Origin: Chiloscyllium plagiosum
Taxonomy: Eukaryota
Assembly: GCF_004010195.1 (NCBI RefSeq)
Contig: NW_025213529.1
Location: forward strand, 1-33,978
Direction of reading: 5' to 3'
DNA length: 33,978 nt
Part shown: one piece after another, positions 1 through 13,400 of the stretch
Layout of the letters: each line of letters opens with the position of its first letter
Position numbering within the stretch: position 1 is the first letter of the stretch
Position numbers and translations under genes: made by a program
The notes under the pieces: model-generated
What the model was told of the DNA's origin: nothing
Seen by the model: the letters and a program-made list of their open reading frames with translations, nothing else
Databases searched by the model: none

Positions 1-238
1 GATTCCCTCTCTCACACTCTCTGGTATCCCTTTGCTGACACAGACTCTGGGACACTGATTCAAACACACTCTGTGACTCACACACATTCTGGGACACTGC
101 GATTCTCACACACACACACACTCGGACTCTCTCTCTCTCTCACTCTGGTATCCCTTCACTGACAAACTCTGGGACACTGCGATTCTCTCACACTCTGGGA
201 CTCTCTCGCTCTCTCACACACACATTCTCTCCCGCGCA

Positions 239-380
239 NNNNNNNNNNNNNNNNNNNNNNNNNNNNNNNNNNNNNNNNNNNNNNNNNNNNNNNNNNNNNN
301 NNNNNNNNNNNNNNNNNNNNNNNNNNNNNNNNNNNNNNNNNNNNNNNNNNNNNNNNNNNNNNNNNNNNNNNNNNNNNNNN
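239..380. other. Assembly gap (142 N)
   Basis: Run of N inside satellite A. Confidence 1.
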
Positions 381-802
381 CACTGTGAATCTAACACACT
401 CTGGGACTCTCACACACGCACACTCTGGGACTCTCACACTCACACACACTCTGGGACTCACACACATACACGCGCGCGCGCACACACACACACACACACA
501 CAGGGACACTGATTCTCACACCTTGGGACTCTTACACACACACTCTGGGATTCACGCACATACACTCTGGTACACTCTGATCCTCACACAGTCTGGGATC
601 AAACACACACACACAGGGACACTATGATTCTCACACACTCTGGGATTCACACACACATACACTCTGGGACTCTCATACACACTCTGGGATACTGATTCTC
701 TCTCACACACACTGAGACTCTCATTCTCACACTCTCTCTGGGATTCCCTCTCTCACACACACTCTGGTATCCCTTTACTGACACACACGCTTGGATACTG
801 TG

Positions 803-851
<49 letters not shown>

Positions 852-3800
852 GGGACTCTCACACACACACACACACTCTGGGACTCTGCGATTCTCACAC
901 ACACTCTGGGATTCCCTCTCTCTCACACATTCTGGAGCTCTCTGGGATTATCTCTCTCTCACACACTCTGGTATCCGCCTCTCTCACACAATTTGGGATT
1001 CTCCCATGCACACTCTGGAACTCTCTGGGACTCCCTCTCTCTCACACACTCTAAGATTCCCACTCTAACACACACTCTGAAATTCTCTCAGACATATACT
1101 CTGGGATTCCCTCACACACTCTGTGATTCTCTTACACACACTCAGGGACTCTCTGGAATTCCCTCTCTCAACACTCACTTTGGGACTCTCTGGGATTCAC
1201 TCTCACACAACGGGATTTCAGCTCTCACACACAGTCTGGCATGCCCTCTCATATACACACTCTGGGATTCTCTCTCACACACTCTGGGATTCTCTCTCAC
1301 ACACTCTGGGATTCTCTCACACACACTCTGGGACACTGATTCTCACACACTCTGTGACTCTCACACACACAATCGCACACACACACATTGCGACTAACAC
1401 ACATACACTGGTAGAAAGTGATTCTCACAATATGGGACTCAAACACACACATACACACACTCTGGGACACAAACACATTGGGACTCTCTCTCTCTCTCAC
1501 ACACACACGCACGCACACACTGGGACTCTCTCTCATACACACTCAGACACTGATTCTCACACACACACACTGGGTCACTGATTCTCACACTCTGGGACTC
1601 AAACACACACACTCTGGGACTCTCTCTCACACACACTCTGAGACACTGATTCTCACACACACTCTGGGACACTGTGAATCTCACACACTCTGGGATTCCC
1701 TCTCTCACACACACTCTGGTCTTCCTTCACTGACACACACTCTGGGACACTGTGGTTCTAACACACCCTGGGACTCTCTCTCACACACACACACTCTGGG
1801 ACCCTGATTCTCACACACACTCTGGGACACTGTGATTCTCACATTCTGGGACTCACCACACACACTCTCTGGGACTTTCACACACATACTCTGGGACACA
1901 CACACACACACACTCACAGACACACACTCACACACACTCTGACACACTGATTCTCACACACTCTGGGACACACACGCACACACACACTCTGGGACACTGT
2001 GGTTTTCACATTCTGGGACTCACACACACACTCTGGGACTCTCACACTCTGAGACTCTCACACTCACACACACACTCTGGGACGCAGTGATTCTCACACA
2101 CACACTCTGGGATACTGATTCTCCCACACTCTGGAACTCACACACACACTCTGGGACACTGTTTTTCACCCTCTGGGACTTACATACACACGCACTCTGG
2201 GACTCTCTCCCTCACACACACACACACACAAACACACTCTGGGACTCACACACACTCTGGGACTGTCTCACACACTCACACACTCTGGGACACTGTGATT
2301 CTCTCACACTCTCTGGGACTCCCACACACACACACACACACTCTGAGACACTGATTCTCTTGCACACACTGGAATTCTCTCGCAAACTCTGGCACACTCA
2401 GGTAATCTCTCTTACATTCGTGGATACCCTTGCACACAATGGGACACTGGGACTCTGTCACTCACTCTGGGACTCTCTCTCAGTCACTGTGGGATTCCGT
2501 TACACACTCTTGGATTCCCTCGCACACACTCTGGGATATTCTGGGATTCGCTCACACACTCTGGGATTCCCTCTCCCACACTCTGGGACTCTCTGGGATT
2601 CCCTTACGCAATCTGGGAGACTGGGACACTCTGTCACTCACTCTGGGACCCACTCCCACACACTCCGGCACACTGTGATTCTCTTACACTCACTGGGATT
2701 CTCTCGCACACTCTGGTACACTCAGGGATCTCTCTTACATTCATGGATTCCCTTACACACATGTGTTTCTGGGACTCTCTCACTTACTCTGGGACTCTTT
2801 CTCACTCACTGTGGAATTCCGTTCCACACTCTGGGATACTCTGGGTTCTCTCTCAAATTGTGGGATTTCCTCACACACTCTGGGACTCTCTCACAAACTC
2901 TAGGAATCCCTAACACACTCTGGGACACTCTCACAAACTCTGGGAAACTGTGGTATTCTCTCACACAATCTAGGAATCCCTAACACACTCGGAGACACGC
3001 TGGAATTCCCTTACGCAATGTGGGACACTAGAGATTCTCTCACACACTCTGGAATTCCCTCTCTCACACACACAGGGACTCACTCTCTCACACACTGTCT
3101 GGGATTCCCTCTCTCACACACATACTCTGGGATTCCCTCCCTCTCACACACACTCTGGGATTCCGCCTCTCATACAATCTGGGATTCTCCCATACACACT
3201 CTGGAACTCTCTGGGACTCCCTCTCTCTCACACACTCTGGGATTCCCTCTCTAACACACACACACTGGGACTCCCTCTCTCACACACACTCTGGGATTCT
3301 CTCAGACATATACTCTGGGATTCCCTCACACTCTCTGCGATTCTCTTACACACACTCAGGGACTCTCTGGAATTCCCTCTCTCAACACTCACTTTGGGAC
3401 TCCCTGGGATTCACTCTCACACAACGGGATTTCAGCTCTCACACACAGTCTGGCATGCCCTCTCACATACACACTGGCAAACTCGCACACACACTCTGCG
3501 ATTCTCTCACACACACTCTGGAATCTCTGGGATTACCCCTCTCACACACACTCGGACTCCCTCTCTCACACACACTCTGGGACTCCCTCTCTCACACACA
3601 CACTCTGGGATTCTCACACACGCACACACTCTGGGACACTCTGGAATTCCCTCTCTCACACACACACTGGCATTCACTCTCTCACACATTCTGGGATTCA
3701 CTCTCTCACACACACTCTGGCATTCACTCTCTCTCACACATTCTGGGATTCCCTCTCACATACACAGTCTGGGAAACTCGCACACACACTCTGGGATTCT

Positions 3801-4524
3801 CTCACACACACTTTGGGATTCCCTCTCTCTCACACATTGGGACTTTCTGGGATGCCCTCTCTCTCACACACTCTGGGATTGGCTCTCTCTCACACACACT
3901 CTGGGACTCTAGGGATTCCCTCTCTCACACACACTCTGGGATTCCCTGTATCTCACACACTCTGGGACACACACACACACACACACACGCTGGAATTCCC
4001 TCTCACAAACACTCTGGGAGTCCCTGTCTCTGTCAAACCCTTTGGGAAACTTGCACACAAAAACTGGGATTCCCACTCTCTCACACTCTGCGACTCTCTG
4101 GGATTGCCTCTTTCTCTCTCTCTCTAGGATTCCCTCTCACACACACGCTGGTATTCCCTCTCTCACACACACTTTGGGACTCTCCGGGATTCGCTCTCAC
4201 ACACACTCCAGGATTCTCCCTCTCACACACTCTCTGGGCTTCTCGCACACCCACTCTGGGACTCTCGGGGATTCCCACTCTCACACACTGTGATTCTCAC
4301 ACACACACTCTGAGACTATCCAGGATTTCCTCTCTCACACACATTCTGGGATTCTGTCTCACACACCCACTCTGGGACTCTCTGGGTTTCCCTCTCCCAC
4401 ACACACACTGGGATTCTCTCGCACACACACACCCTGGGATTCCCTCTCTCACACACACTCTGGGAATCCCTCTCTCTCACACACTTTGGGAATCCCTCTC
4501 TCACACATACTCTGGGATTCCCTC

Positions 4525-4804
4525 TTAGATTAGATCAGATTACTTACAGCGTGGAAACAGGCCTTTCGGCCCAACAAGTCCACACCGACCTGCAGAAGCG
4601 CAACCCACCCATACCCCTACATTTACCCCTTTTAACGTAACACTACGGGCAATTTAGCATGGCCAATTCACCTGACCTGCACATCTTTGGACTGTGGGAG
4701 GAAACCGGAGCACCCGGAGGAAACCCACGCAGACACGGGGAGAATGTGCAAACTCCACACAGTCAGTCGCCTGAGTCGGGAATTGAACCCGGGTCTCTGA
4801 CGCT
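4525..4804 (-). mobile_element. HE1-type tRNA-derived V-SINE, 5'-truncated (B box retained, A box missing), copy 1
   Basis: Minus strand reads GGTTCAATTCC (B box), then the V-SINE core GGAGTTTGCACATTCTCCCCGTGTCTGCGTGGGTTTCCTCCGGGTGCTCCGGTTTCCTCCCACAGTCCAAAGATGTGC, then a CR1-like tail TGGGCCGAAAGGCCTGTTTCC and an (AATCT)n end. Family recognised from memory of shark HE1. Confidence 0.9.
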
Positions 4805-5243
4805 CTCATTCACACACTCGGGGATGCCCTCTCTCGCACACACTCGGGGATGCCCTCTCTCGCACAGCCTCTGGCATGCCTTCTCTCGCACACCCTCTGG
4901 CATTCCCTCTCTCGCACACCCTCTGTGTGAGAGACAGGGAATCCCACTCTGGGAAACACACACACACACACAGGGATTCTCTCACACACACGCTGGAATT
5001 CCCTCTCTCACAAACACTCTGGGAGTCCCTGTCTCTGTCAAACCCTTTGGGAAACTTGCACACAAAAACTGGGATTCCCACTCTCTCACACTCTGCGACT
5101 CTCTGGGATTGCCTCTTTCTCTCTCTCTCTAGGATTCCCTCTCACACACACGCTGGGATTCCCTCTCTCACACACACTCTGGGAATCCCTCTCTCTCACA
5201 CACTTTGGGAATCCCTCTCTCACACATACTCTGGGATTCCCTC

Positions 5244-5523
5244 TTAGATTAGATCAGATTACTTACAGCGTGGAAACAGGCCTTTCGGCCCAACAAGTCC
5301 ACACCGACCTGCAGAAGCGCAACCCACCCATACCCCTACATTTACCCCTTTTAACGTAACACTACGGGCAATTTAGCATGGCCAAGTCACCTGACCTGCA
5401 CATCTTTGGACTGTGGGAGGAAACCGGAGCACCCGGAGGAAACCCACGCAGACACGGGGAGAATGTGCAAACTCCACACAGTCAGTCGCCTGAGTCGGGA
5501 ATTGAACCCGAGTCTCTGACGCT
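5244..5523 (-). mobile_element. HE1-type V-SINE, 5'-truncated, copy 2 (duplicate of copy 1)
   Basis: Matches 4525-4804 at offset 719 with about 2 substitutions, the same truncation point and the same flanks. Confidence 0.9.
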
Positions 5524-7446
5524 CTCATTCACACACTTGCACACAAAAACTGGGATTCCCACTCTCTCACACTCTGCGACTCTCTGGGATTGCCTCTCTC
5601 TCTCTCACTCTAGGATTCCCTCTCACACACACGCTGGGATTCCCTCTCTCACACACACTCTGGGATTCACTGGGATTCCCACTCTCTCGCACACACTCTG
5701 GGATTCCCTCTCACACACATATTCAGACTATCCAGGATTCCCTCTCTCTCACACATTCTGGGATTCTGTCTCACACACCCAATCTGGAACTCTCTGGGTT
5801 TCCCTCTCCCACACACACATACTGGGATTCTCTCGCACACACACACACTGGGATTCCCTCTCTCACACACACACTCTGGGACTCTCTAGGATTCTCTCTC
5901 TCACACACACTCTGGGATTCCCTCTCTCTCACACACTCTGGGAATCTGTCTCTCATACTCAGGGATTCCCTCTCTCACACATACTCTGGGATTCCCTCTC
6001 ATTCACACACTCTGGGTCTCCCTCTCATTCACACTCTCTGGGATTCCCTCTCTCGCACACACTCGGGGATTCCCTCTCTCGCACAGACTCTGGGCCTATC
6101 TGGGATTCCCTCACTCACACACACGCTGGGATTGGCTCTCTCTCCCGCACTCTGGGATTCCCACTCTCTCACACAAACTCTAGGATTCTCTCACTACACG
6201 CTCTGGGACACTCTGGGATTCCCTATCTAACACACTCTCTGGGATTCCCTCACACACACACACACACACACTCTGGGATTCCCACTCTCACACACACTGG
6301 GATTGGCTCATATACACGCTCTGGGACACTCTGGAATTACCTCTCCCACGCACACACACTGGGATTTTCTCATACACACTCTGTGACCCTCCGGGATTCC
6401 CTCTCTCACACACACTCTGGGATTCTCTGGGCTTCTTGCACACCCACTCTGGAACTCTCTGGGCTTCCCTCTCTCACACACACTCTGGGATTTCCTCCCA
6501 CACCCACAAAAACTGGGATTCTCTGGGATTCCCTCTCACACACACACTCCAGGATTACCTCTCTCACACACACTCTAGGACTGTCTCTCACACATTTGTG
6601 TTTCCCTCTCACACACACACTCGAGGACTCTCTCACACACGCTGGGATTCCCTCTCACACACACTCTCTGGGCTTCTCGCACACCAACTCTGGGACTCTT
6701 GGGTTCCCTCCCACACATACACACACAGTCGGATTCTCTCGCACGCACACACTCTGGGACTCTCTGTCTCACACATACTCGGGGATTCCCTCTCTCACAC
6801 ACACTCTTGGATTCACTGGGATTCCCTCTCTCTCGCACACTCCGGGATTTCCACTCTCTTACAGACAGTCTGGGATTCCCTCTCTCTCACACACTCTGGG
6901 ATTACCTCTCTCACACACACTCTGGGACTAACTGGGATTCCCTCTTCCACACACACTCTGGGATTTTCTCACCCACACTCTGGGACTCTCCTGGATGCGC
7001 TCTCTCACAGCCACTCCAGGATTCCCTCTCAGACACACACTCTAGGACTCTCTCTCACGCACACTGGGACACTCTGGGCTTCTTGCACACCCACTCTGGG
7101 ATTCCCTCTCTCTCACACACACACTCTGGCACTCTCTGGGATTCCCACTCTCACACACACTACTATTCCCTCTCACACTCTCTGGGCTTCTCGCACACTC
7201 ACACTGGGACTCTCTGGGATTCCCTCTCTCACACACATTCGGTGATTCCCTCTCTCACACACACGCTGAGCTTCTCGCACACCCACTCTGGGACTCTCTG
7301 GGATTCCCTCCCACACACACTTACTGGGATTCTCTCGCACGCACACATTCTGGGACACTCTGCGATTCCTTCTCTCACACACACACTGAGGGACTCTCTG
7401 GAATTCCGGCTCACTCACACCCTCTGGGATTCCCAATGTGTGTTAT

Positions 7447-10400
7447 CATGTCAAATATAGAGAATAGCTATCCCTGTGTACAGTATAGAGAACAGCAGTT
7501 CGTGTGTATAGTATAGAGAACAGCGGTCCCTGTGAAAAATATAGAGAACCGCTGTTCCCATGTCTAATGGAGTGAACAGCAGTTCCCATGTCTAATATAG
7601 AGAACGACTGTCCCTGTGCATAATATAGAGACGAGCAGACCCTGTGTCTCGCAAAGAGAACAGCTGTTCCCATGTCGCATATAGAGAACAGCAGTCCCTG
7701 TGTATATTATAGATAACAGCTGTTCCCATGTCGAATATAGAGAACAGCAATCCCTGTGTATAATATAGAGATCAGCAGTTCTCATGTCTAATTTAGAGAC
7801 CAGCTGTTCCTGTGTGTAATATATAGAAAAGCAGTTCCCATGTCTAATACAGAGAACAGCAGTTCGCATGTCTAATTTAGGGAACAGCTGTCCCTTTGTA
7901 TAATATAGCGAACAGAAGTTCCCATGTCGTATAGAGAGAACAGCAGTCCCTGTGACTAATATGAAGAACAACATTTCCCATGTCTAAGTTAGACCTGTCC
8001 CTTTGCATAATATCGGGAATAGCAGTACCCATCTCGAATACAGAGAGCAGCAGTCTCTGTGTATAATATAGAGGACAGCATTTCCCATGTCAAATATACA
8101 GAACAGCAGTCCCTGTGTCTAATATAAAGAACAGCAGATCTCATGTCTAATTTAGAGAACAGCTTTACCTGTGTATAATATAGAGAACAGCAGTCCCTGC
8201 GTCTAATATAGAATACTACATGTATACACTGTGTATACTAAAGAGCACAGCAGTTCCTATGTCTAATGTAGACAACAGCAATCCCTGTGAAAATCTTGCG
8301 AACAACAGTTCACATGTCGAATTTAGGGAACACCTGTTCCTTTGTATAATGGAGAGAACAGCAGATCCTATGTCGAATTTCGAGAACAGCAGTCCCTGTG
8401 ACTAATATGAAGAACAACATTTCCCATGTCTAAGTTAGACCTGTCCCTTTGCATAATATCGGGAATAGCAGTACCCATCTCGAATACAGAGAGCAGCAGT
8501 CTCTGTGTATAATATAGAGGACAGCATTTCCCATGTCAAATATGGAGAACTGCAGTCCCTGTGCCTAATATAGAGAACAACAGTTCCTATGTCTAATGTA
8601 GAGAACAGCTGTCCCTGTGTATAATGTAGAAAACAACAGTTTCCTTATCTAGTGTAGAGAACAGCAGTTCCCAAGTATGATATAGAAAAGGGCAGTCCCT
8701 GTGTATAATATAAAGAACAGCAGTTCCCAGGTCTAATATAGAGAACAGCAATCTCTATGTATAATATACGCAGCATCAGTCCCATGTCTACTATCGAGAA
8801 CAGCCGTCCCTGTGTATCATATAGAGAACAGCAGTTCCCATGTCTAATATAGAGAACAGCAGTACCGTTGTCTAAAAGAGAACAGCAATTGCCATGTCGA
8901 ATATCGAGAACAGCAGTTCCCATATCTGACAGCATAATTTTGAGCCCAGCAGTTCCCATGTCGAATATACAGAACAGCAGTCCCTGTGTCTAATATAAAG
9001 AACAGCAGATCTCATGTCTAATTTAGAGAACAGCTTTACCTGTGTATAATATCGAGAACAGCAGTCCCTGCGTCTAATATAGAATACTACATGTATACAC
9101 TGTGTATACTAAAGAGCACAGCAGTTCCTATGTCTAATGTAGACAACAGCAATCCCTGTGAAAATCTTGCGAACAACAGTTCACATGTCGAATTTAGGGA
9201 ACACCTGTTCCTTTGTATAATGGAGAGAACAGCAGATCCTATGTCGAATTTCGAGAACAGCAGTCCCTGTGACTAATATAAAGAAAAACATTTCCTATGT
9301 CTAATTTCGATAACAGCTGTCCCTTTGCATAATATCGGAAAAAGCAGTACCCATGTCTAATATAGAGAACAGCAGTCCCTGTGTCTAATATAGAGAACAG
9401 CAGTTCCTGTGTATAATATAAAGAACAGCAGTTCCCATGTCTCAAATGGAGAACAGCAGTCGCTGTGTCTAATATAGAGAACAGCAGTCCCAATGTATAA
9501 TATTGCGAACAGCATTTCCCATATCTAATTCAGGGAATAGCTGTCCCTTTCTGTCAGACAGAGAAGAGCAGTTCCCATGTCGAATATAGAGAACAGCAGG
9601 ACCTTTGACTAAAACAGAGAACATTTCCCATGTCTAATTTAGAGAACAGCTGTCCTTTTGCATAATATAGATAATAGCAGTACCCATGTCTAATATAGAG
9701 AACAGCAGTCCACATGACTAATATAGAGAACAGCAGTCACTGTGTGTAATATAGAGAATAGCATTTCCCGTGTCTAATATAAAGAACAGAAGTCTCTGTT
9801 TATAATATGGAGAACAGCAGTTCACATGTCTAATTTAGAGAACAGCTGTTCCTGTGTATAATATGGAGAACAGCAGTTCACATGACTAATATGGAGAACA
9901 GCAGTCCCTTTGTATAATACAGAGAACAGCAGATCACATGTCTCATGTAGAGAACAGCAGTCGCTGTATCTAAAATAGAGAACAACAGTCCGTGTGTATA
10001 ATATTGCGAAAAACATTTCCCATGTCTAATTTAGGGAACAGCTGTCCCTTTGTCTAAGATAGAGAAGAGCAATTCCCATGTCTAATATCGAGAACAGCAG
10101 TCCCTGTGTATCATATCGAGAACAGCAGTTCCTACGTTTAATGTAGAGAACAGCAGTCCCTGTGTATAATATTGCGAACAGCAGTTCGCATGTCTAATTT
10201 AGGAACTGCTGTCCCTCTGTATAATATAGAGATAAGCAGCTCCCATGTCTAATATAGAGAACAGCAGAGCCTCTGTATAACAGAGAACAGCAGATCCCAT
10301 GTCAAATATAGAGAACACCAGTCCCTGTGTAGAATATAGAGAAAAACAGTTCCTATGTCTAATATGGAGAACAGCAATCCCTATGTATATAATAGAGCAC

Positions 10401-13400
10401 AGCAGTTCCCATATCGAATATCGAGAATATCAGTCCCTGTGTATAACATAGAGCACAGGAGTTCCCAATTCAAAAATATAGAACAGTAATCCCTGTGTAT
10501 AATTTTGAGCACAGCAGTTTCCAAGTCGAATATCCAGAACAGCAGTCCCTGTGTCAAATACGGAGAACAGCAGTTCACATGTCTCATTTAGAGAACAGCT
10601 GTTCCTGTGTATCATATAGAGAACAACACTTCCTATGTTTAATGTAGAGAACAGCAGTCCCTGTGTATAATATTGCGAACAGCAGTTCGCACGTCTAATT
10701 TAGGAAACAGCTGTCCCTTTGTATAATATAGAGAGGAGCAGTTCCCATGTCGAATGCAGAGAACACAGCCCCTCTGACTCAAATAAAGAACAACATTACC
10801 TATGTCTAATGTAGAGAACAGCAGTCCCTGTGTATAATATTGCGAACAGCATTTCCCATATCTAATTCAGAGAACAGCTGTCCCTTTCTAAAAGATAGAG
10901 AAGAGCAGTTCCCATGTCGAATATAGAGAACAGCAGTCCCTGTGACTAATACAAAGAACAATTATACGTTCCTGTGTATAATTTAGAGAACAGCAGTTCC
11001 CATGTCGAACATACAGAACAGCTGTCCCTGTGTCAAATATTGCGAACAGCAGTTCCAATGTCTAATTTAGAGAACAGCAAGCCCTGTGTCTAATATAGAG
11101 AACAGCAGTCCCTGTGTATAATATAGAGAATAGCATTTTCCAAGACTAATATAGAGAACAGCAGTCGAATATACAGAAAAGCTATCCCTCAGTATAATAA
11201 AGAGAAAAGCAGTTCCTTGTCTAATATAGAGAATAGCAGTTCTCATTTTTAATATGGAAAACAGCAGTCCTTGCATATAAGGTAGAGAAAAGCAGTTCCC
11301 ATGTCTAATATAGAGAACAGTAGTCCCTTTGTATAATGTAGAGCAAAGCAGTTCCCATCTCTAAAATAGAGAACAGCAGTCCCTATGTATAATATAGAGA
11401 ACACCTGTTCCCATGTCAAATTTAGAGAACAGCAGTTCCCATTACTAATACAGACAACAGCTGTCCCCGTGTCCAATAAAGAGAACAGCATTTCCCTTGT
11501 CTAATATAGATAACAGCAGTTCCCAATTCAAATATAGAGAACAGCAATCCCTGTACATAATATAGAAAATAGCAGTCACTGTGTCTAATATAGAGAACAG
11601 CTGTCCCTTTCTATAATATAGAGAACAGCAGTTCCTGTGTTTAATATGGAGAACAGCAGTTCGCATGTTTAATATAGAGAACAGCTGCCCCCTTGTATAA
11701 TATAGAGAATTGCAGTTCACGTCTAATTTAAAGAACAGCTGTCCCTGTGTATAATTTAGAGAACAGCAGTTCCCATGTCGAATATAGAGAATAGCAGTCC
11801 CTGTGTCGAACATACATAACAGCTGTCCCTGTGTCTAATATTGCGAACAGCAGTTACAATGTCTAATTTGGAGAACAGCTGTCCCTTTGTATTATATAGA
11901 GAATAGCCGTTCCCCTGTCTAATGTAGAGAACAGCAGTACCTGTGTCTAATATAGAGAACAGCAGATCCCTTGTCTAATATAGAGAACAGATCCCATGAC
12001 TAATAGAGAATAGCAGTTCCCATGTCTAATATAGAGAACAGCAGTCCCTGTGTACAATATAGCGAATAGCTGTCCCTCTGTATAATATAGAGAACAGCAG
12101 TTCCCATGTCTAATAAAGAGAACGGCAGACCCTGTGTGTAATATAGAGAACAGCAGTTCTCATGTCAAATGTAGAGAATAGCTGGCCCTGTGTACAGTAT
12201 AGAGAACAGCAGTTCCCATGTCTAATATAGAGAACAGCAGTTTGTGTGTATATTATAGAGAAGGTAGTCCCAGTGTCGAATATAGAGAACAGCATTACCT
12301 ATTTATAATATAGAGAACAGCGGTCCCTGTGAAAAATATAGAGAACAGCTGTTCCCATGTCTAATGGAGTGAACAGCAGTTCCCATGTCTAATGTAGAGA
12401 ACGACTGTCTCTGTGCATAATATAGAGCGAGCAGCCCCTGTGTCTCGCAAAGAGAACAGCTGTTCCCATGTCGGATATAGAGAACAGCAGTCCCTGTGTA
12501 TATTATAAATAACAGCTGTTCCCATGTCCAATATAGAGAACACTGCGTATTAGATAGAAAACAGCAGATCCCATGTTGAATATAGAGAACAGCAGTCCCT
12601 GTGTATAAGGTTGAGCACAGCAGTTCCCTTGTCAAATATACAGAACAGCAGTCCTGTGTATAATATAGAGAACAGCAGTTCTCATGTCTAATTTAGAGAA
12701 CAGCTGTTCCTGTGTTTAATATATAGAAAAGCAGTTCCCATGTCTAATACAGAGAACTGTGTCTAATATAGAGAACAGCAGTTCGCATGTCTAATTTAGG
12801 GAACAGCTGTCCCTTTGTATAATATAGCGAACAGCAGTTCCCATGTCGTATAGAGAGAACAGCAGTCCCTGTGACTAATATGAAGAACAACATTTCCCAT
12901 GTATAATTTAGACCCGTCCCTTTGCATAATATCGGGAATAGCAGCACCCATCTCTAATACAGAGAGCAGCAGTCCCCGTGTATAATATAGAGAACAGCAT
13001 TTCCCATGTCAAATATGGAGAACTGCAGTCTCTGTGTCTAATATAGAGAACAACAGTTCCTATGTCTAATGTAGTGAACAGCTGTCCCTGTGTATAATGT
13101 AGAAAACAACAGTTTCCTTATCTAATGTAGAGAACAGCAGTTCCCAAGTATAATATAGAAAAGGGCAGTCCCTGTGTATAATATAAAGAACAGCTGTTCC
13201 CATGTCCAATATAGAGAACAGCAAGTCAGGCAGCATCCAGGGAACAGGAGAATCGACGATTCGGGCATAAGCCCTTCTTCGGCTTATGCCCGAAACGTCG
13301 ATTCTTCTGTTCCCTGGATGCTGCCTGACCTGCTGCGCTTTTCCAGCAACACATTTTCAGCTCTGATCTCCAGCATTTGCAGACCTCACTTTCTCCTAAT

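Larger units (their letters stand above)
1..7435 (+). repeat. Satellite/minisatellite A: core (CT)CTGGGA(T/C)TC(CC) followed by variable (CT)n(CA)n tracts, unit roughly 20-30 bp
   Basis: Very many recurrences of 'cactctgggattccctctctcacaca' and 'ctgggacactgattctcacac'. Strong strand skew, with G almost confined to the GGG core. Larger duplicated blocks, e.g. ~965-1250 vs ~3150-3465 and ~3985-4150 vs ~4990-5155. Confidence 0.95.

Noticed and set aside
1..7435. Dense GGGATTCCC motifs as an NF-kB site cluster or G-quadruplex array
   Set aside because: The motif is generally one base short of the 10-bp GGGRNWYYCC consensus, and the G-runs are about 20 or more nt apart. Nothing in the sequence supports function.
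156..7460. Long His/Thr/Leu/Ser-rich ORFs (up to 517 aa, e.g. 5378-6931 and 3455-4528)
   Set aside because: Open in several frames at once because CA/CT repeats lack stop codons. No domain signal, and some start inside an antisense SINE.
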